A program made the translations under genes and the position numbers. DNA of 52,479 nt from Paraglomus brasilianum (taxonomy: Eukaryota): assembly GCA_910592345.1 (NCBI GenBank), contig CAJVPI010000115.1, forward strand, positions 1 through 52,479, given 5' to 3'. Below, one piece after another: positions 10,040 to 23,173 of the stretch (position 1 is its first letter; each line of letters begins with the position of its first letter). The notes below the pieces were generated by a model, which was not told the DNA's origin, made no database searches, and saw only the letters and a list, made by a program, of their open reading frames with translations.

Positions 10040-12289
10040 TCAAGTAGCCATGTCAGGAGAACTTTTCGCGTTCTTACGCACAATCGCATCATTACAACCT
10101 AATTGTTTTAATTCTTCATCTGTATACCCTAATAAGTATAAGACATATTTCAGACTATGCTGATTTATGCGTGCTCTCGCCTACAAAAAAAATTGATCGT
10201 GACACATAAATAAGTGCTATTACAAAATTGTTGATTATCGCATTGCGTAGACTAAGTCTAACCTGTTCCTGAACTCTTGGTTTTGCATTAAATGCTATTC
10301 CAAGTCCTGCTCTTGCCAGCATCCAAAGATCGTTCGCTCCATCGCCAACAGCGATCACCTGATCAAGCGATACATTTTCCGCTTGGGAAATGACTTCAAG
10401 TAACTCGGCTTTGCGCTCACCGTCAACAATCGGTCCAAAGGTCTCGCCCGTAAGTGTTAGACCATCTTGGGATACCTTCAACTGTAGAGCGTATGAGCAT
10501 GACTTTTCCACCACTTGCAGGAGAGAGATATCAAGAATTTATAAATATTTTGAATCTGACCTGATTTGCAAATGCATAGTCTAAACCTAATTCTTGTTTA
10601 ACGTACTGGGCGAGCGGCATGAATCCACCTAATTTAGTGAAAAGATTATTAAAGCTACCCTTCGTTTCGATACATGAACCACATCTTGCAAGCCAAATGG
10701 TTACTAGCTTACCAGAGATCACCGCAAGTTTAAACCCAATCTTCTTTAATGCTTTGCATAAAGCATGGGCGCCCTTGGTAAATTGTAAGCCATCTCTGAC
10801 AGTGTCCAACACTCCTACTGGTGTTCCCTTTAAAAGAGCTACGCGACGTCGCAACGATTCTTTAAAGTCAATCTCTCCATTCATTGCACTATGAGTAATG
10901 CTCTGTGAAAAAATATATAATGTTAACAAACTTGATACTAATAATAGCAATATCCTATTCTTCAAATACACATGGAGCACATACAGCGACTTTATCTACC
11001 ACACCGGCAATTCTTGCAATTTCATCGATTACTTCCTGGCGAATGAGTGTCGAATCCATGTCAAAAACCACCAATCTCTTGTGTTTTCTGAACACGTCGT
11101 GTGGTTGCAGAGCAACATCCGTTCCATGACTAATGCTCAACTGAAACAAATCCTGTCTTAGGTTATCAATGTCGACCCCTATAGGCACAGATAATTCATA
11201 GTCTGCGCACGAAACTTTGCCTTCATTCAACCTCTTTAATTTTTCAACAGATATATTTTCCCTAAGTAGTAACTTAGTCCACTCATTAAGGAACTGGGCA
11301 GTCAGACCATTCCCATTCAACACTGTTGCAGTATACTTCATACGATTATCATATGGGGCATCCTCTATAGAATTTGGCAGCGTTTGTTCTTTGTCATGAA
11401 TGTCAAACGCAAGTATACCATCCCACTTCTGAGCAGATTTAGCAAGATCACGAAACAATTCGACACTATTCGAACGAAGAACAATCAAGACGCCAAACGT
11501 AACATTGTGGTATAATCGGGACAACATGAAATCTTCGATTTCGACACCGAATTTTGCCATGCTTTCCAATACGCACCCGATAACATCTGTCCCATGCGAT
11601 CCAGTCAATGATACAATAACCTTATGGTGAGGAAGAAGTGCAACTGACGGGAAGAGACTGTGATCTTTCGATGGCGCATACTTTCGCTTGGATAGGTTCG
11701 GGACTGTATTGTTGGATGTTACAGCAGATCCAGAAAATTTATCCATTAAGGTTTTTTTTAAAGTAGATAAATCCCCCATCTTTACAAACGGTAAGGAGGC
11801 AGTCCTATACAGGTATGCTTCACTTATATTCAATCCGGAATGTCGGTCGTGCTTCTTTAATATCTTCACGACACCCGTATAATTCAACAATGCGAAATTC
11901 TCCAACTGAACGATACCCTCCAGTGATTCATCAGCATCTTTCTGATTTAGGCCTTCTGGTTTTCCAACTGCTGCATCATACATTCGGAACAATTGTGAGC
12001 TCTGTTCCTCAAAAAAATCGGATACCTTTTGTACTTCAGCATCAAGAAATTCAAGGAATTTAGTAGTATTCACTTGTAATAAACCGAGACGTTCTGATAC
12101 TTTGTTAGCGAATGATGGTTGATTGGGTGGATTTGGTTTCCAGGTAAGTTGGGTCAGATCAAATGAGAGAGTGTTGGGGGTAACATTGGATTTTAGAAAC
12201 TTTTTGATTTGCTTATAATTGATGAATTGATCAGTCCACGCTTTGGGCAAGCGCGCTTTATTTTCTTGAAGAAATTTACCGAATTTCAT
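10040..12289 (-). CDS. SPX domain + ACT-like domains + HAD phosphoserine phosphatase (SerB-type) fusion
   Basis: MKFGK...INYKQIKK and LNYTGVVKILKKHDR (SPX); FDMDSTLIRQEVIDE, ISGGF and GDGANDLWML (PSP motifs). SPX and the catalytic motif I lie in the same exon. Confidence 0.93.
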
Positions 12290-12526
12290 TCTATAGAAAG
12301 GTGTTATAAAGTGTAGAATCCAGATGCAAATGAAGATACAAATAATAGTAAAATCCTTGTAACACTTGATGAGAATGCCTCTTTTTAACATTGCTTACTA
12401 AGGCGGAGTATTTTGGTCCTTTGTGTATCAAACATAGAGAAACAGCCGAAATGACAGACATTGTTTATACAAAATTAGTAGTAGTAATTACATAAAATCA
12501 ACCATAAACGATAAGATAGCCTGTAT

Positions 12527-12532
12527 CACGTG
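12527..12532. promoter_or_regulatory. CACGTG E-box (possible Pho4-type site) upstream of the SPX-PSP gene
   Basis: Exact CACGTG about 240 bp upstream of ATG 12289. The hexamer also occurs elsewhere in the window. Confidence 0.35.
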
Positions 12533-12967
12533 CGTATGAGTTAGGTATTCTCTATAAGAGCAAAATGGACTTGGCAAATTCACCGTTTTCACAATCAATT
12601 GAAGCGGGCTCATTCGATAAAAAGAAATTCATTAGACGATGCGTCGAATAATTGCCTTTTCTTAATAAATATATTTCGACTAGGAATTATTGTAATTCTA
12701 TTCTTATGTGTCGCAAGTGTGGCGGACACGGAAAAATAGCTCGATAAACATCAAACTTTATATTTGTAAATAGTTCCTTAATTGACGCGGGCATGTAAGC
12801 AAAACCGCGTTATAGTTGCATTAAAAATGTAATGATATCATAAACAAGAGTTCTTTCTATGTTCCTCCACATGATGTCTGGCTGTCTTTATTGTTTCTTT
12901 TGTAGGCCTGTTTGCAAACCGGGAGATGTAATACTGAGCCTAATGCCTGTTTAGATCGAGCGGCTAT

Positions 12968-13038
12968 TACAGTCAAACCTCATACCGAAATGTCGGGGGA
13001 GGTACGAGATACCTCTGTATAACTTACTTAGACTGTCA
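12968..13038. mobile_element. Short pogo-like MITE remnant
   Basis: tacagtcaaacctc...ttagactgtca imperfect terminal inverted repeats. Confidence 0.35.
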
Positions 13039-13140
13039 ACTAACTGTTGTTCAAATAATCTGTTTGTCATGTGATAAATAATCTACCGCACTACAATAAA
13101 CTTGGTTTATTCGCAGATCGCCTTTTGGGAAAAGACAGCA

Positions 13141-13492
13141 ATGTTATCAGCGTTTAAGCGAGCAACGACTCATTTCTTTCAACCTCGTACCATATTATCA
13201 CCATTTCCGAAGTAACTCATTTCTATATCTTAATTGTCATTTCCAACGTTTGCACAATAGCGCTAATCTGGCTACTTTTTATTCTCCTCTTCTCATCCAC
13301 ACTAGTTCATATCCGTCTCCTCAACACATATTTACAAATCAACTAAGATGGGTGACATATGGTAGAGAATACCAACCGAGTAATTTGGTCAGAAAGCGTA
13401 GACACGGGTTCTTGGCCCGAATGCGAAGCAGAGGAGGGAGGAAAATTATTATGAGACGAAGGTTAAAAGGAAGAAAGTTTCTGACACATTAG
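13141..13492 (+). CDS. MRPL34: Mitochondrial ribosomal protein L34 (bL34m)
   Basis: Presequence-like MLSAFKRAT exon, intron 13212-13260, [44 protein letters not shown]. Confidence 0.95.
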
Positions 13493-13735
13493 AGATTTAG
13501 CTGAAAGAATGAGCAAGCGTGAGGTATCAGAGTAAGTATTATATAATGTTTCTATATTTCTCGCGAGGCTTAGTTGGATTTGAATACACTGATAAGTCAC
13601 TATATGTCAATAGATCACATGTAGTCTTTATTATTATTATGCAACCCGAAAGAAACGCAACAAGCAGTTTCGATTTCGGATCCAATGAACTTTTTAATTT
13701 GGTGGATTTATTCGTGGATCGCATGTTCTCGTCAA

Positions 13736-14504
13736 TCAAACAGTATTTCTCAATACTAAACGTCGAATTGAAAGTGAAATCATTAGACACGATTATATTG
13801 AAGGTTTCTCTTCCAGGGAAACGTTTAATTATCAACTTACCTAGAATCACGGAATCACCTCTCAGGAACATTTTACTAATGAATCTATCCTTATTCACAG
13901 GCTTTGCTTTCTTCCCTTTCCCTGCTTTGGGTGTCTCGGTCCACATCTACAATAAAGGGCCACGTACATTCAACTCAACCGTCCTAACGATGTCATAATT
14001 ACGTATTGATATGCTCATACCTCTTTTACATTCTCCAACACCATGTTACAATGCCGATCAAATGCTTTAACTCTTGCAAGCAGTTTCCTGTTGTTTCTAC
14101 AGTTAATTAATATCTGAGTATTGTTCTTTACTGATTGCTGTAGAACTGATAATGGTCCTGTGTTGAATTCCATTTCTTCCAATTGATGGAGCTCTTCTTC
14201 TGTCATTTCAGATTTAGACTTTCCTGTTAGCGTACTAGAACAATAGGAAAGATAGCATAATAATTGTTTATGAAGAATACGTTATTGATTACTGCTTATA
14301 AAGTATGCGGTCTAAGTCTATAGACTATACAATAATCAGACTCTTGCAACATTTGTTAGAAATGAACATGGTGTACGTTTCATTCACTTAACAATGCGCG
14401 TCCATTAGCAACGAGTAACGAATACGTACACCCCCCAAAGATAAAGAAACATAGTAGTCAAGTTTACGACAACCATTTATAACGATTAATCCAACGAACC
14501 TCAT
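13736..14504 (-). CDS. SMD2: Small nuclear ribonucleoprotein Sm D2
   Basis: [10 protein letters not shown]...[31 protein letters not shown]...[17 protein letters not shown]. Probable 5-nt first coding exon ATGAG at 14504-14500. Confidence 0.95.
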
Positions 14505-14717
14505 CTTGGCGGATCTTTTGTAATGTTTTTTTTTATTCAAAGGTTAGTGCTTTTGGTGGAGAACGTGTTACACTCTTCAAGTAATTGCTGTCAAAAACCG
14601 AGACTGATAAATGTTCAACGACGATTATCACGTGACTCAAAATCAACCTTTAATATACTGCATTAATACCAAAAAGTTCCGCATTATACATTATACTTTT
14701 TGAACTCATAACAAGCA

Positions 14718-16728
14718 ATGGCACTTGAGGCAATAGACATGTTCCAAACTCAACTCGATGTGGCAATACAATCTTGCCTCAGTGAACCTAATCTAACAAT
14801 TCAGAAATTACAACAGCAATTGGGTCCTCTCTTTGCTGATAAATCAGATGCAAAGAAAACTCAGTTTGAAATAGTAATGGGGAAGCACATGTTGAGTCTA
14901 TTGGTACTAAAATACATTTAGAAGTCGACATTCAGCGGGTTATTATCTCGCATTGACGCTTAGTATGTTTAGGAATATGATGGTAATTCAGAAGAATATA
15001 TAATGGAAGCGAGAAAGCGGCTAGAGTTTATACTGTATTGCACGGATGAAGGTAGAGAAAGCTCCTTTGATGTTTGCTATTCTCTTTTATTGGGGTTTCT
15101 GATTATTTTTCTATAAAGGATATTGTGAGGAAGTGCTGCCGCTCGCTGCCTTTGAAGATCTTGTTGACTGGCAACCCATAGAAGTTTCCATGAAATTATT
15201 TGAATTTTTTGAGAAGCATAAAAGAAGATTGTTGAAGGTATATTAATACTAACAATTGACGACGTGGTAACGCGGTTTCATATGAGTATATCGCGTTATT
15301 GACTTCGTATTTGGCAACACACTTCTATTATAGGGACTAACGCCAAACAAAGGCAAGGGTCTTGTACTCCTCCGTCTATTCAACAACTTGATTCGCAGAG
15401 CACCCAAATCCAATTATAGTCATTTCAACGGCCGCGTTCTGATCTACCTTTCCAACGCGTTTCCTCTTTGTGAGCGCTCTGGTGTCAACCCCCGTGGTGA
15501 ATGTAATTCCGAAAACATAACTTTCTATGACGAAACTGACGATAATCAAGCTTGCAACACCTTCTGGAGTCTACAAAATCTCTTAAATAACCCAGTGAAA
15601 CTTGTCGAAAGCGGAGAAGTTGATAGAGCATTAGAGGACATGAGGGTAGTGGTGAATAAATTTGAAAGTGCCTGTGGAGAAGAGCGGATGGTTGAAGATG
15701 AGAGGATGAGCATGGAGTTGGATCGTGAAGAAGATGCAATGGACGTTGACACAGACAGGGAGAAAAGAAAACGAGATAAAGAGGAGGATGTCGTAGAGAA
15801 TGTTCCAGATAAAAAGCAGAAACTGAGCAATGACGATGAGGGGGAATATGAAAAAGAAGCGTATATGCATATTCCCAAGTATTTGCCGAGCGTCAAATTG
15901 TTTGAGCATGAGGTAAGTTGTTATGTCGAAAATTATAAATAATATTAAAGATCGTACTAATGTCTGTATTTGGCTGGGATTTAGATGAAAGATCCAGAAT
16001 TTCGAAAATTTATCCTAGTACAATTTCTTATTATCTTACAATACATCCGTGGCTGCTCATCCTCGGAACGCAAATTCCTCGAAGGAGCAAGAGCCCGGAT
16101 CCATCCTCGTATGATTCCGCTTTCTATGCCCTCAATTTCACCCAAACAGGAGGAAAGCATAGCAGAACTATGGACAAGCATTACAGCCCAACTGGAAAAT
16201 ATTCCTCCTCATGGTAAGGAATTTACAGAACGTATTTTACACACGTTATCTCGAGAAAAAGTATGGATCTATTGGAAATTTGCACAATATTGCCCGGACT
16301 TTTCGAAATCGCAACCAATTCCAGATTTATCTAAACAATCGGCAGAACGATCAGCACAGCTTTGTGCACCTTTGGGCGAATTACCAGATATTGACTGGGT
16401 TGTTAAAAGGAGAGAGATGAAGAACGCACACAAGGTAGTCAAAGTTCCGAGTTTGGAGGAATGTTATGAGGCTCTAAAGCATCATGAGTCAAATCAAGAA
16501 TATATTGTCAAGCGATGGCAAACAATCAGAGCAGCTACAAGAAATCACGTTTTACTCATACACAAAAAAATCGAGTTTGGAAAACCTGGTGATATGGATA
16601 GATTAATAGAGGCGGCGAACAAAAATCCAATAGGATCACTGGAAGGAGGAACTGACGAAGCACATACTGCAAGTGATCCGATAATTGCCAATGAAATGGG
16701 ATCACCTGAGCCTGAATTGGATGATTAG
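14718..16728 (+). CDS. THOC1: THO complex subunit 1 (Hpr1/THOC1)
   Basis: KGLVLLRLFNNLIRR, FNGRVLIYLSNAFPLCERSGVNPRG, PKYLPSVKLFEHE|MKDPEFRKFILVQFLI, LSREKVWIYWK. Confidence 0.9.
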
Positions 16729-16964
16729 TCTTGGTAAATGATAACCCGAGCCTGGCACCAAGAGAGAAATATATAGTATATTTAAATGTATCTGGGATCT
16801 GGTTAATTCCGTTTAAATAGTCATTATCTCGAAAGTTAATAACTTTGCGAGGATGTAGATAATAGACCTATCAGTGATCGAAAATAAAAAAAAAGAAATT
16901 TTAACTTACGCCCTGCAAATAGTAGACGAGCTCTCTGATAAAGTAATTAATTCCTTCCTCTGAT

Positions 16965-18270
16965 CTATTTACGCGATTTTGTTAACTCGGCTAGAATTCT
17001 ATCTGCCCCCTTTTCCGCCAAAGATTTCGCCACCTCTTGTCCCAGCTCAGTCGCCGCTTCAGTTCCGTCGCCGTCGATCTCCTTTGTCGCTTCACTAATT
17101 ACAACCTCCGATCCATCTAATCTTGCCACTAATCCTCTTAGCTTTAATATTTTTTTCTCATCTTGACCGTCTAGAAATTCGGTACTAACGCCTATTGGAA
17201 CACTACACCCTCCTTCGAGCATTCTCATAAGTGCACGTTCGGCAGTGCACCGTAGTCGAGTGTCGCGGTCATCAAGGACAGAGATCAATTGCAAAACATC
17301 TGCATCTTCCGCACGGCACTCAATCGCCAATGCACCCTGACCAACAGCGTGAAGAATGACGGACTCGGGAAGGATCTGCGTGATACGATCATCAAGCCCA
17401 AGACGGACGAGACCGGCTACCGCAAGAATTATAGCCGAATATGGGCCATCTGGGGCATCTAGTTTGGAAAGGCGAGTATTGCTGTTTGTAGAAGGCAAGC
17501 GAGAATTTCAAGGCGATGTATTAGTGAGTCAGTGCATGAAATTAAAGTACACGATTACATAATGGTATGTTGTCAAGATGAGAGACCATATATAAAGCTT
17601 TGGTATGACAACTAGTAGGTTAAAAGTACTTACAGATTCCCTCTCTGAATAATGAGTTTGAAATTAAGCCCAAGCAGTAATCAGATACACTGTAAAAAAT
17701 TAGTGCTCTTGTTCTGCTTCAACACCCACAGTGCAAATGCAACCGCCTCTCCATCAAGCTATATCTCGAATCACACATCACTATACAAACATATAATCAA
17801 TCAATCATACACACAACATTCTGAAACTCAAGATCCGGAAATGCCTTCTTCAACTGCGCGATGCGCCTCACGCTACTCGTTCCCACAACACTGCCTTTGG
17901 GTAGATCTTCCAATCCTTTCGCAGTCAATCCTTTTTTTATAACCAAGGCATCTTTAGGATTTTCTCTCATCAATATAGCCCCAATAGTCATACCATCTGG
18001 TAAATTAGTGGGCAAGTCTTTGAGACTATGAACTACAAAATCGACTACTTTGTCTTGCAAGGCAATTTCCAATTCTTTGGTAAATAACGACTTCTCGCCT
18101 ATTTGAAACAGTGGTTGGTTTAGAATATGATCTCCTACAGTGGTCATAGAAGTTATAGGAAAAGTGAGTGACGGATAGGCAGCGGCGAGTGCATCGTGCA
18201 CCTGCTGAGTTTGCACGAGGGCAAGTTGTGATTTACGGCTCCCAATAATGTAGGTTGTCTTGGTTGCCAT
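16965..18270 (-). CDS. HEM3: Porphobilinogen deaminase (hydroxymethylbilane synthase)
   Basis: [44 protein letters not shown] through an 11-nt exon (17634-17644), [10 protein letters not shown]. An alternative in-frame ATG lies at 18387. Confidence 0.96.
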
Positions 18271-18720
18271 TTTTTGAAATGCAAGGGGAAAAAAATCAAA
18301 AAGCTTGCAATTTATGTAGCAGAATTTTGTGGTACATACTAATACTGTCCAATTCGGTGTCAATACACGAGTAGGAGTAGAAGACATTGTTATTTAAAAG
18401 AGAATGTCTATGCTCTTTATTTTAGAAATAGTAATAGGACATTATAATTTTGTAGGCCAAAATTGGAGAATGTTCGAAAGCTGAAAATTGAATTTGCAGG
18501 AATGTCACTTTATTCTTGCATTATCCTGGTGCGGCTTGTAATTACACCTGATTCCGTTGCAATAAGGAAAAAGTGACTGTATACTGAAGATTCGAATAAC
18601 GATGCTCGATCAAAAGTCTCTTTTACTTTGGGTGAAATAAAATAGTTGATTTTGTGCCCAGAAGATAATAATACAAATAGACGTGGCGCTCTAACGGCTT
18701 TTAAACCCCCTGAAATTCTG

Positions 18721-18768
18721 TGTTCACATAACTGGAGTTTTGCGTTCCTTTATTGTTCACATATCTGG
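18721..18768 (-). mobile_element. Micro-insertion family copy 3 with 15-bp TSD
   Basis: tgttcacataactgg (18721-18735) + agttttgcgttcctttat (18736-18753) + tgttcacatatctgg (18754-18768; one mismatch). Confidence 0.88.
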
Positions 18769-18802
18769 CCTTGCTGCAAACATAATTAGTTAATTGTCTA
18801 CT

Positions 18803-21800
18803 ATGTATACTCTACTTCGAGCTTCGATGTTATTTTCAAGCTCTAACCGATATTATGCTAAAGGGAACTTTATTCGAAGTTACTCAAGCACAGGTAGGAT
18901 ACATGATTGTTTTATGGACAAATCGGTTGGTGTAATATAATAGCTCACAGAAATATCATCAAATAGTTGGTAAACCTCTATTCGATAAGATACTCATTGC
19001 CAACCGGTAGGAAAGCAATATCAGTATTACAATTCAGGTTGCAATATAAGTTTGTGAATACTGAATGTAATACGTTCGTCGCGTAGTGGCGAGATAGCAT
19101 GTCGCGTAATACGTACTGCGAAACGACTGGGCGTGAAGACAGTCTGTGTATATAGTGAAGCTGACAGAAATGCTCTTCACACAAAACTGGTAATAAATGT
19201 CAAATATTATGGTTGATTACTATTCGTGTAATTTCTGTTAATTGGGTCTCTTCTTTAGTCTGACGAAGCTTACTTGATAGGTCCAGCGCCTTCATCCGAA
19301 AGTTATTTAAATATTGATAAGATTATCGAAGTCGCTAGGCGCAGCGGGGCTCAGGTACAATCGATCGATTGTAGCACACTAATTAATAGAAAGAAACGTC
19401 AGATGATTTCTATATCTTGGTTCTACTAATTGATCTTTGTTAGTACTTTTTTGTTGTTGTTTAGGCCATTCATCCCGGATATGGATTTTTGTCTGAGAAC
19501 CCGACGTTCGCATCTCGCCTAGCTGAAGAAAAGATCATTTTTATAGGACCACCAGCATCTGCAATGATATCAATGGGATCAAAGAGGTATTTATTTGAGA
19601 TAGCAAGTATGGTTTGTGATATACCTTTAATGTCTACCCCGTTTTGTTTTCAACTAATTGCCCAGCCGTCGCTTATCATACCTAAATCTACATCTTTTCC
19701 GTCGCACATAATTAGCGAGTCCAAAGAAATAATGACTGCAGCTGGCGTACCTGTTGTCCCGGGATATCACGGCGCAAACCAAGAAATCTCCTTTCTCAAA
19801 TCCAAATCTCTCGAAATTGGTTACCCTATCCTAATTAAAGCCATTAAAGGAGGCGGAGGCAAGGGCATGCGAATAGTTTACGATCCATCCGATTTTGAGC
19901 TCCAACTAAACTCCTCTAAGCGTGAAGCAATGAACTCTTTCTCCGATGATCAAGTCTTACTCGAGAAGTACCTTCTCACACCTCGCCACGTTGAAGTACA
20001 AATATTCGCGGATACATATAATAATGTAGTGCATCTGTTCGAAAGAGACTGTTCTATACAGAGACGACATCAGAAAATCTTGGAAGAAGCTCCCGCGCCA
20101 ATGTTGGATGAAGCCATAAGAAATGAACTAGGAAGAAAAGCTGTAGCTGCAGCCAGGGCGGTCGGATACGTTGGTGCTGGGACAGTGGAGTTTATTATGG
20201 ACACTACAGATGGAAAGTTTTATTTCATGGAAATGAACACGAGGTTGCAGGTTGAACATCCAGTTACAGAGATGGTTACAGGGACTGATTTAGTGCAGTG
20301 GCAGTTCGAGGTAAAGGTTATGAAGAGAAGAGATAATTCGTGGAAGGCAAAGAATTGATGTGTTTCGGAATTAAAGACTCGGTTTATGGTGTTTAGGTTG
20401 CTGCAGGAAATTCTTTGCCTCTAAGTCAAGATCAAATTCAACTCGACGGGCATGCATTTGAAGCACGTATTTACGCTGAAAATCCTACCAAGTAATTATT
20501 GGATTATGTTTGTCGAATAATTAAGTCGCTTGTTTGCTCGTTACTCACTTTATTTTTTCAAACTTAGCAATTTCCTGCCGGATACTGGTACACTTCTTCA
20601 TCTTCGAACGCCTCAGCCCTCTACTACTGTCCGAATCGAAACCGGTTTTGATCAGGGTGACCAAGTTAATGTTTACTACGATCCGATGATAGCAAAGCTT
20701 GTTGTCAAAGGTGGTGATCGGGCGGAGGCGTTAAGAGCTTTGAGAAACGCGTTGGATGATTATGAGGTGTGTGAGAATATTGTAAAATTATTCTATTTAA
20801 ACTGATCAAGGAACTTGGGAGACAATTATTTTTTGGATTAGATTTTGTGTGAATATTGGAAGATGCTTAACCGAGTGTTTGAAAGAGACCTACAATTGTT
20901 ATAACAATTTTAATCATTTAGGTTGTTGGTTTGAATACCAATATCGAATTCTTAAAGCAAGTAGCTTCGCATTCCGCGTTTGTTGACGGTCAAGTGGAGA
21001 CTGGATTTATTGAAGTACGTTCTAATAACATTTGTACACTCTAATAAGTGTTTTGAGAAACTCTTAAATTGAATGTAGTATTATTCCAATAGAAACATAG
21101 AGAGGATTTATTCCAATCAGATCCAAATATTCCACCAGAATTAATCGCACAAGCTTCTCTGTCTATTGTCTTGTGTGAGCTAGGCAAAATACAGAATCAA
21201 GCTAGTAATAGTCTTGGTGTGATTAGTTTTTCTTTATACTCTTATTGTTGTCATAACAATGCACATTATAACATGACTATAATCTGTATTCTAAAGATTA
21301 CTTGTTTTTTACATAGATCCCTTCTCGCCATGGTCTTATCTTTCATCAACTCGGCTAAATTCAACTCACACGAGACAGATTATTCTCGGTGATAATAATA
21401 ATACGGAATTCAATACATATATAACGTTCAACAAAGATGGATCATACGACATTACAATAATGTCTGCATTGACTGATCCGGCAATTTTCAACAAGGTGAC
21501 AGCTACTTGGAATGAAACAGAACGTGAAATAATTGCAAATATTGGGGACAGGAGATTTAAAAGCCATGTAGTGTTTGATAAGCAGCAGAAAGTAGTTATT
21601 TTTGGAGAGGTAATGTCTGCAATACTTTTAGACATGGCTTTTTATTCTTGTTAACCATTCTCGTCTATATATAACAGGGTTTAAGGACCGTTTTAATGAT
21701 ACCTGAGCCTAACTATCTTCAGGAAACTGGAAGTGATACGGCAGGATCAGTTAAGACTCCTATGCCATGTAGAGTATCTCAGGTCAGTTTACTTGTTGGA

Positions 21801-22164
21801 ATGGTATACCGATTTTGTTAACAATTGGATAGTCAACCATAAATTGTACTTTTTAGATTCTTGTGGAATCTGGACAAACAGTTGAGAAAGGAACTCCACT
21901 GATAGTTCTGGAAGCCATGAAGATGGAGGTACGATTTATACTTTACTTACGAGCAATATGTACATCGAGAAGTGTTTCCTCAAAACTGGCTGGGGGTTAA
22001 AAACTACCAAGATGCACATCGGTATACACTACATATTCATAATTTCCATTCCTTTGTAGCATCTCATTAAATCTCCAGTCACTGGTACTATCGACAAGAT
22101 CTACTACAAAGTCGGAGATCTTGTTGAGGAGAATAAAAATCTACTAGGATTTGTTGAGAATTAG
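18803..22164 (+). CDS. MCCC1: Methylcrotonoyl-CoA carboxylase alpha (biotin-containing) subunit, mitochondrial
   Basis: [57 protein letters not shown], biotin site EAMKME; ends LLGFVEN*. Confidence 0.92.
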
Positions 22165-22446
22165 AGATAACAACCTATGGACGAGTAGATAAAGATAATG
22201 GTTGAAATACTGGTTATTAACGAGACGACAGCCGTGAACAGTATGATACTATGTACAGTTTCATACGATAATGTGACAACGTACATATTTAATTCTGTGT
22301 AGTCGATTTGTGGCCCTCTGGACCATTGGCGGAGGAACAACTTTTCTATAGATATACAGACTGGTATATATGTAATGCATCTATAATGAAGAAATGATAT
22401 TTCCGGAAAAAATACTGATTCATCGGTATCGATTTCTGTCGTGCTC

Positions 22447-22987
22447 TCATCCAATGAAATTTACAACGAAAAAATGTAAAAGAATTGAACAAAAAACAAA
22501 ATCGGCAAATGCCCTGAATTAACAGATAGAACTGGTTAAATCTACGCACATCATAATATATATCATTAAGAATAATGATTAAGTAGCCATACCTCTCAGG
22601 CGAAATGCCCTTAAACTCGCTCGTGTTCGCCTGATTCGTTTGTATTCTCAGGTTTGCTATACAACAAAAAGTCCAGCATTAAAAATTGTTTCTCGATAAT
22701 TAACAATCATACTATTCGCAAACATTGATCGATACGACTCTTATTCATACATTCGAACTCTGATTGCATGTTAACGTACCTGCTAATACAAAACTTCCAA
22801 CAGTTGAAATAAATCCAGCCAAGAATGCATTATACGGGAAAGTTCCGACAATCACGCAGTAAGCAAATTGAAACACTCCGGAGAATAATGTATAAACAAG
22901 ATAAATATCGATCAGTTTGAGACTCTGGGACGTTTCTTTGTTGTATTTCTTTACGAGTTTATCCGTTATTTGACTAAGAGCAGACAT
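22447..22987 (-). CDS. OST2: Oligosaccharyltransferase subunit OST2/DAD1
   Basis: LKLIDIYL...VGTFPYNAFLAGFISTVGSFVLA|ANLRIQ...ISPER|AFADF...VNFIG*. Confidence 0.96.
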
Positions 22988-23173
22988 TTTTGATGAAAGT
23001 CGCAATGAAAAGTATGTGGGATATTGAAAATGAATGGTAATTGGGTTACACGATTATGGCTAATGTCATGTACCATTTAGGATAACCTCGTTCTTAACTT
23101 TGGCCGAATCACACCACGCGGATTCCACCCACATTAGGTGCGAATACAGTCAAGCAACGACGACAGGGGAATT

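Noticed and set aside
14330..14392. Box C/D snoRNA in SMD2 intron 1
   Set aside because: Imperfect C box, no terminal stem and no recognisable rRNA guide.
16965..18270. HEM3 as part of the nitrate cluster (heme/siroheme supply)
   Set aside because: It is 17 kb away with unrelated genes between, and it is a housekeeping gene.
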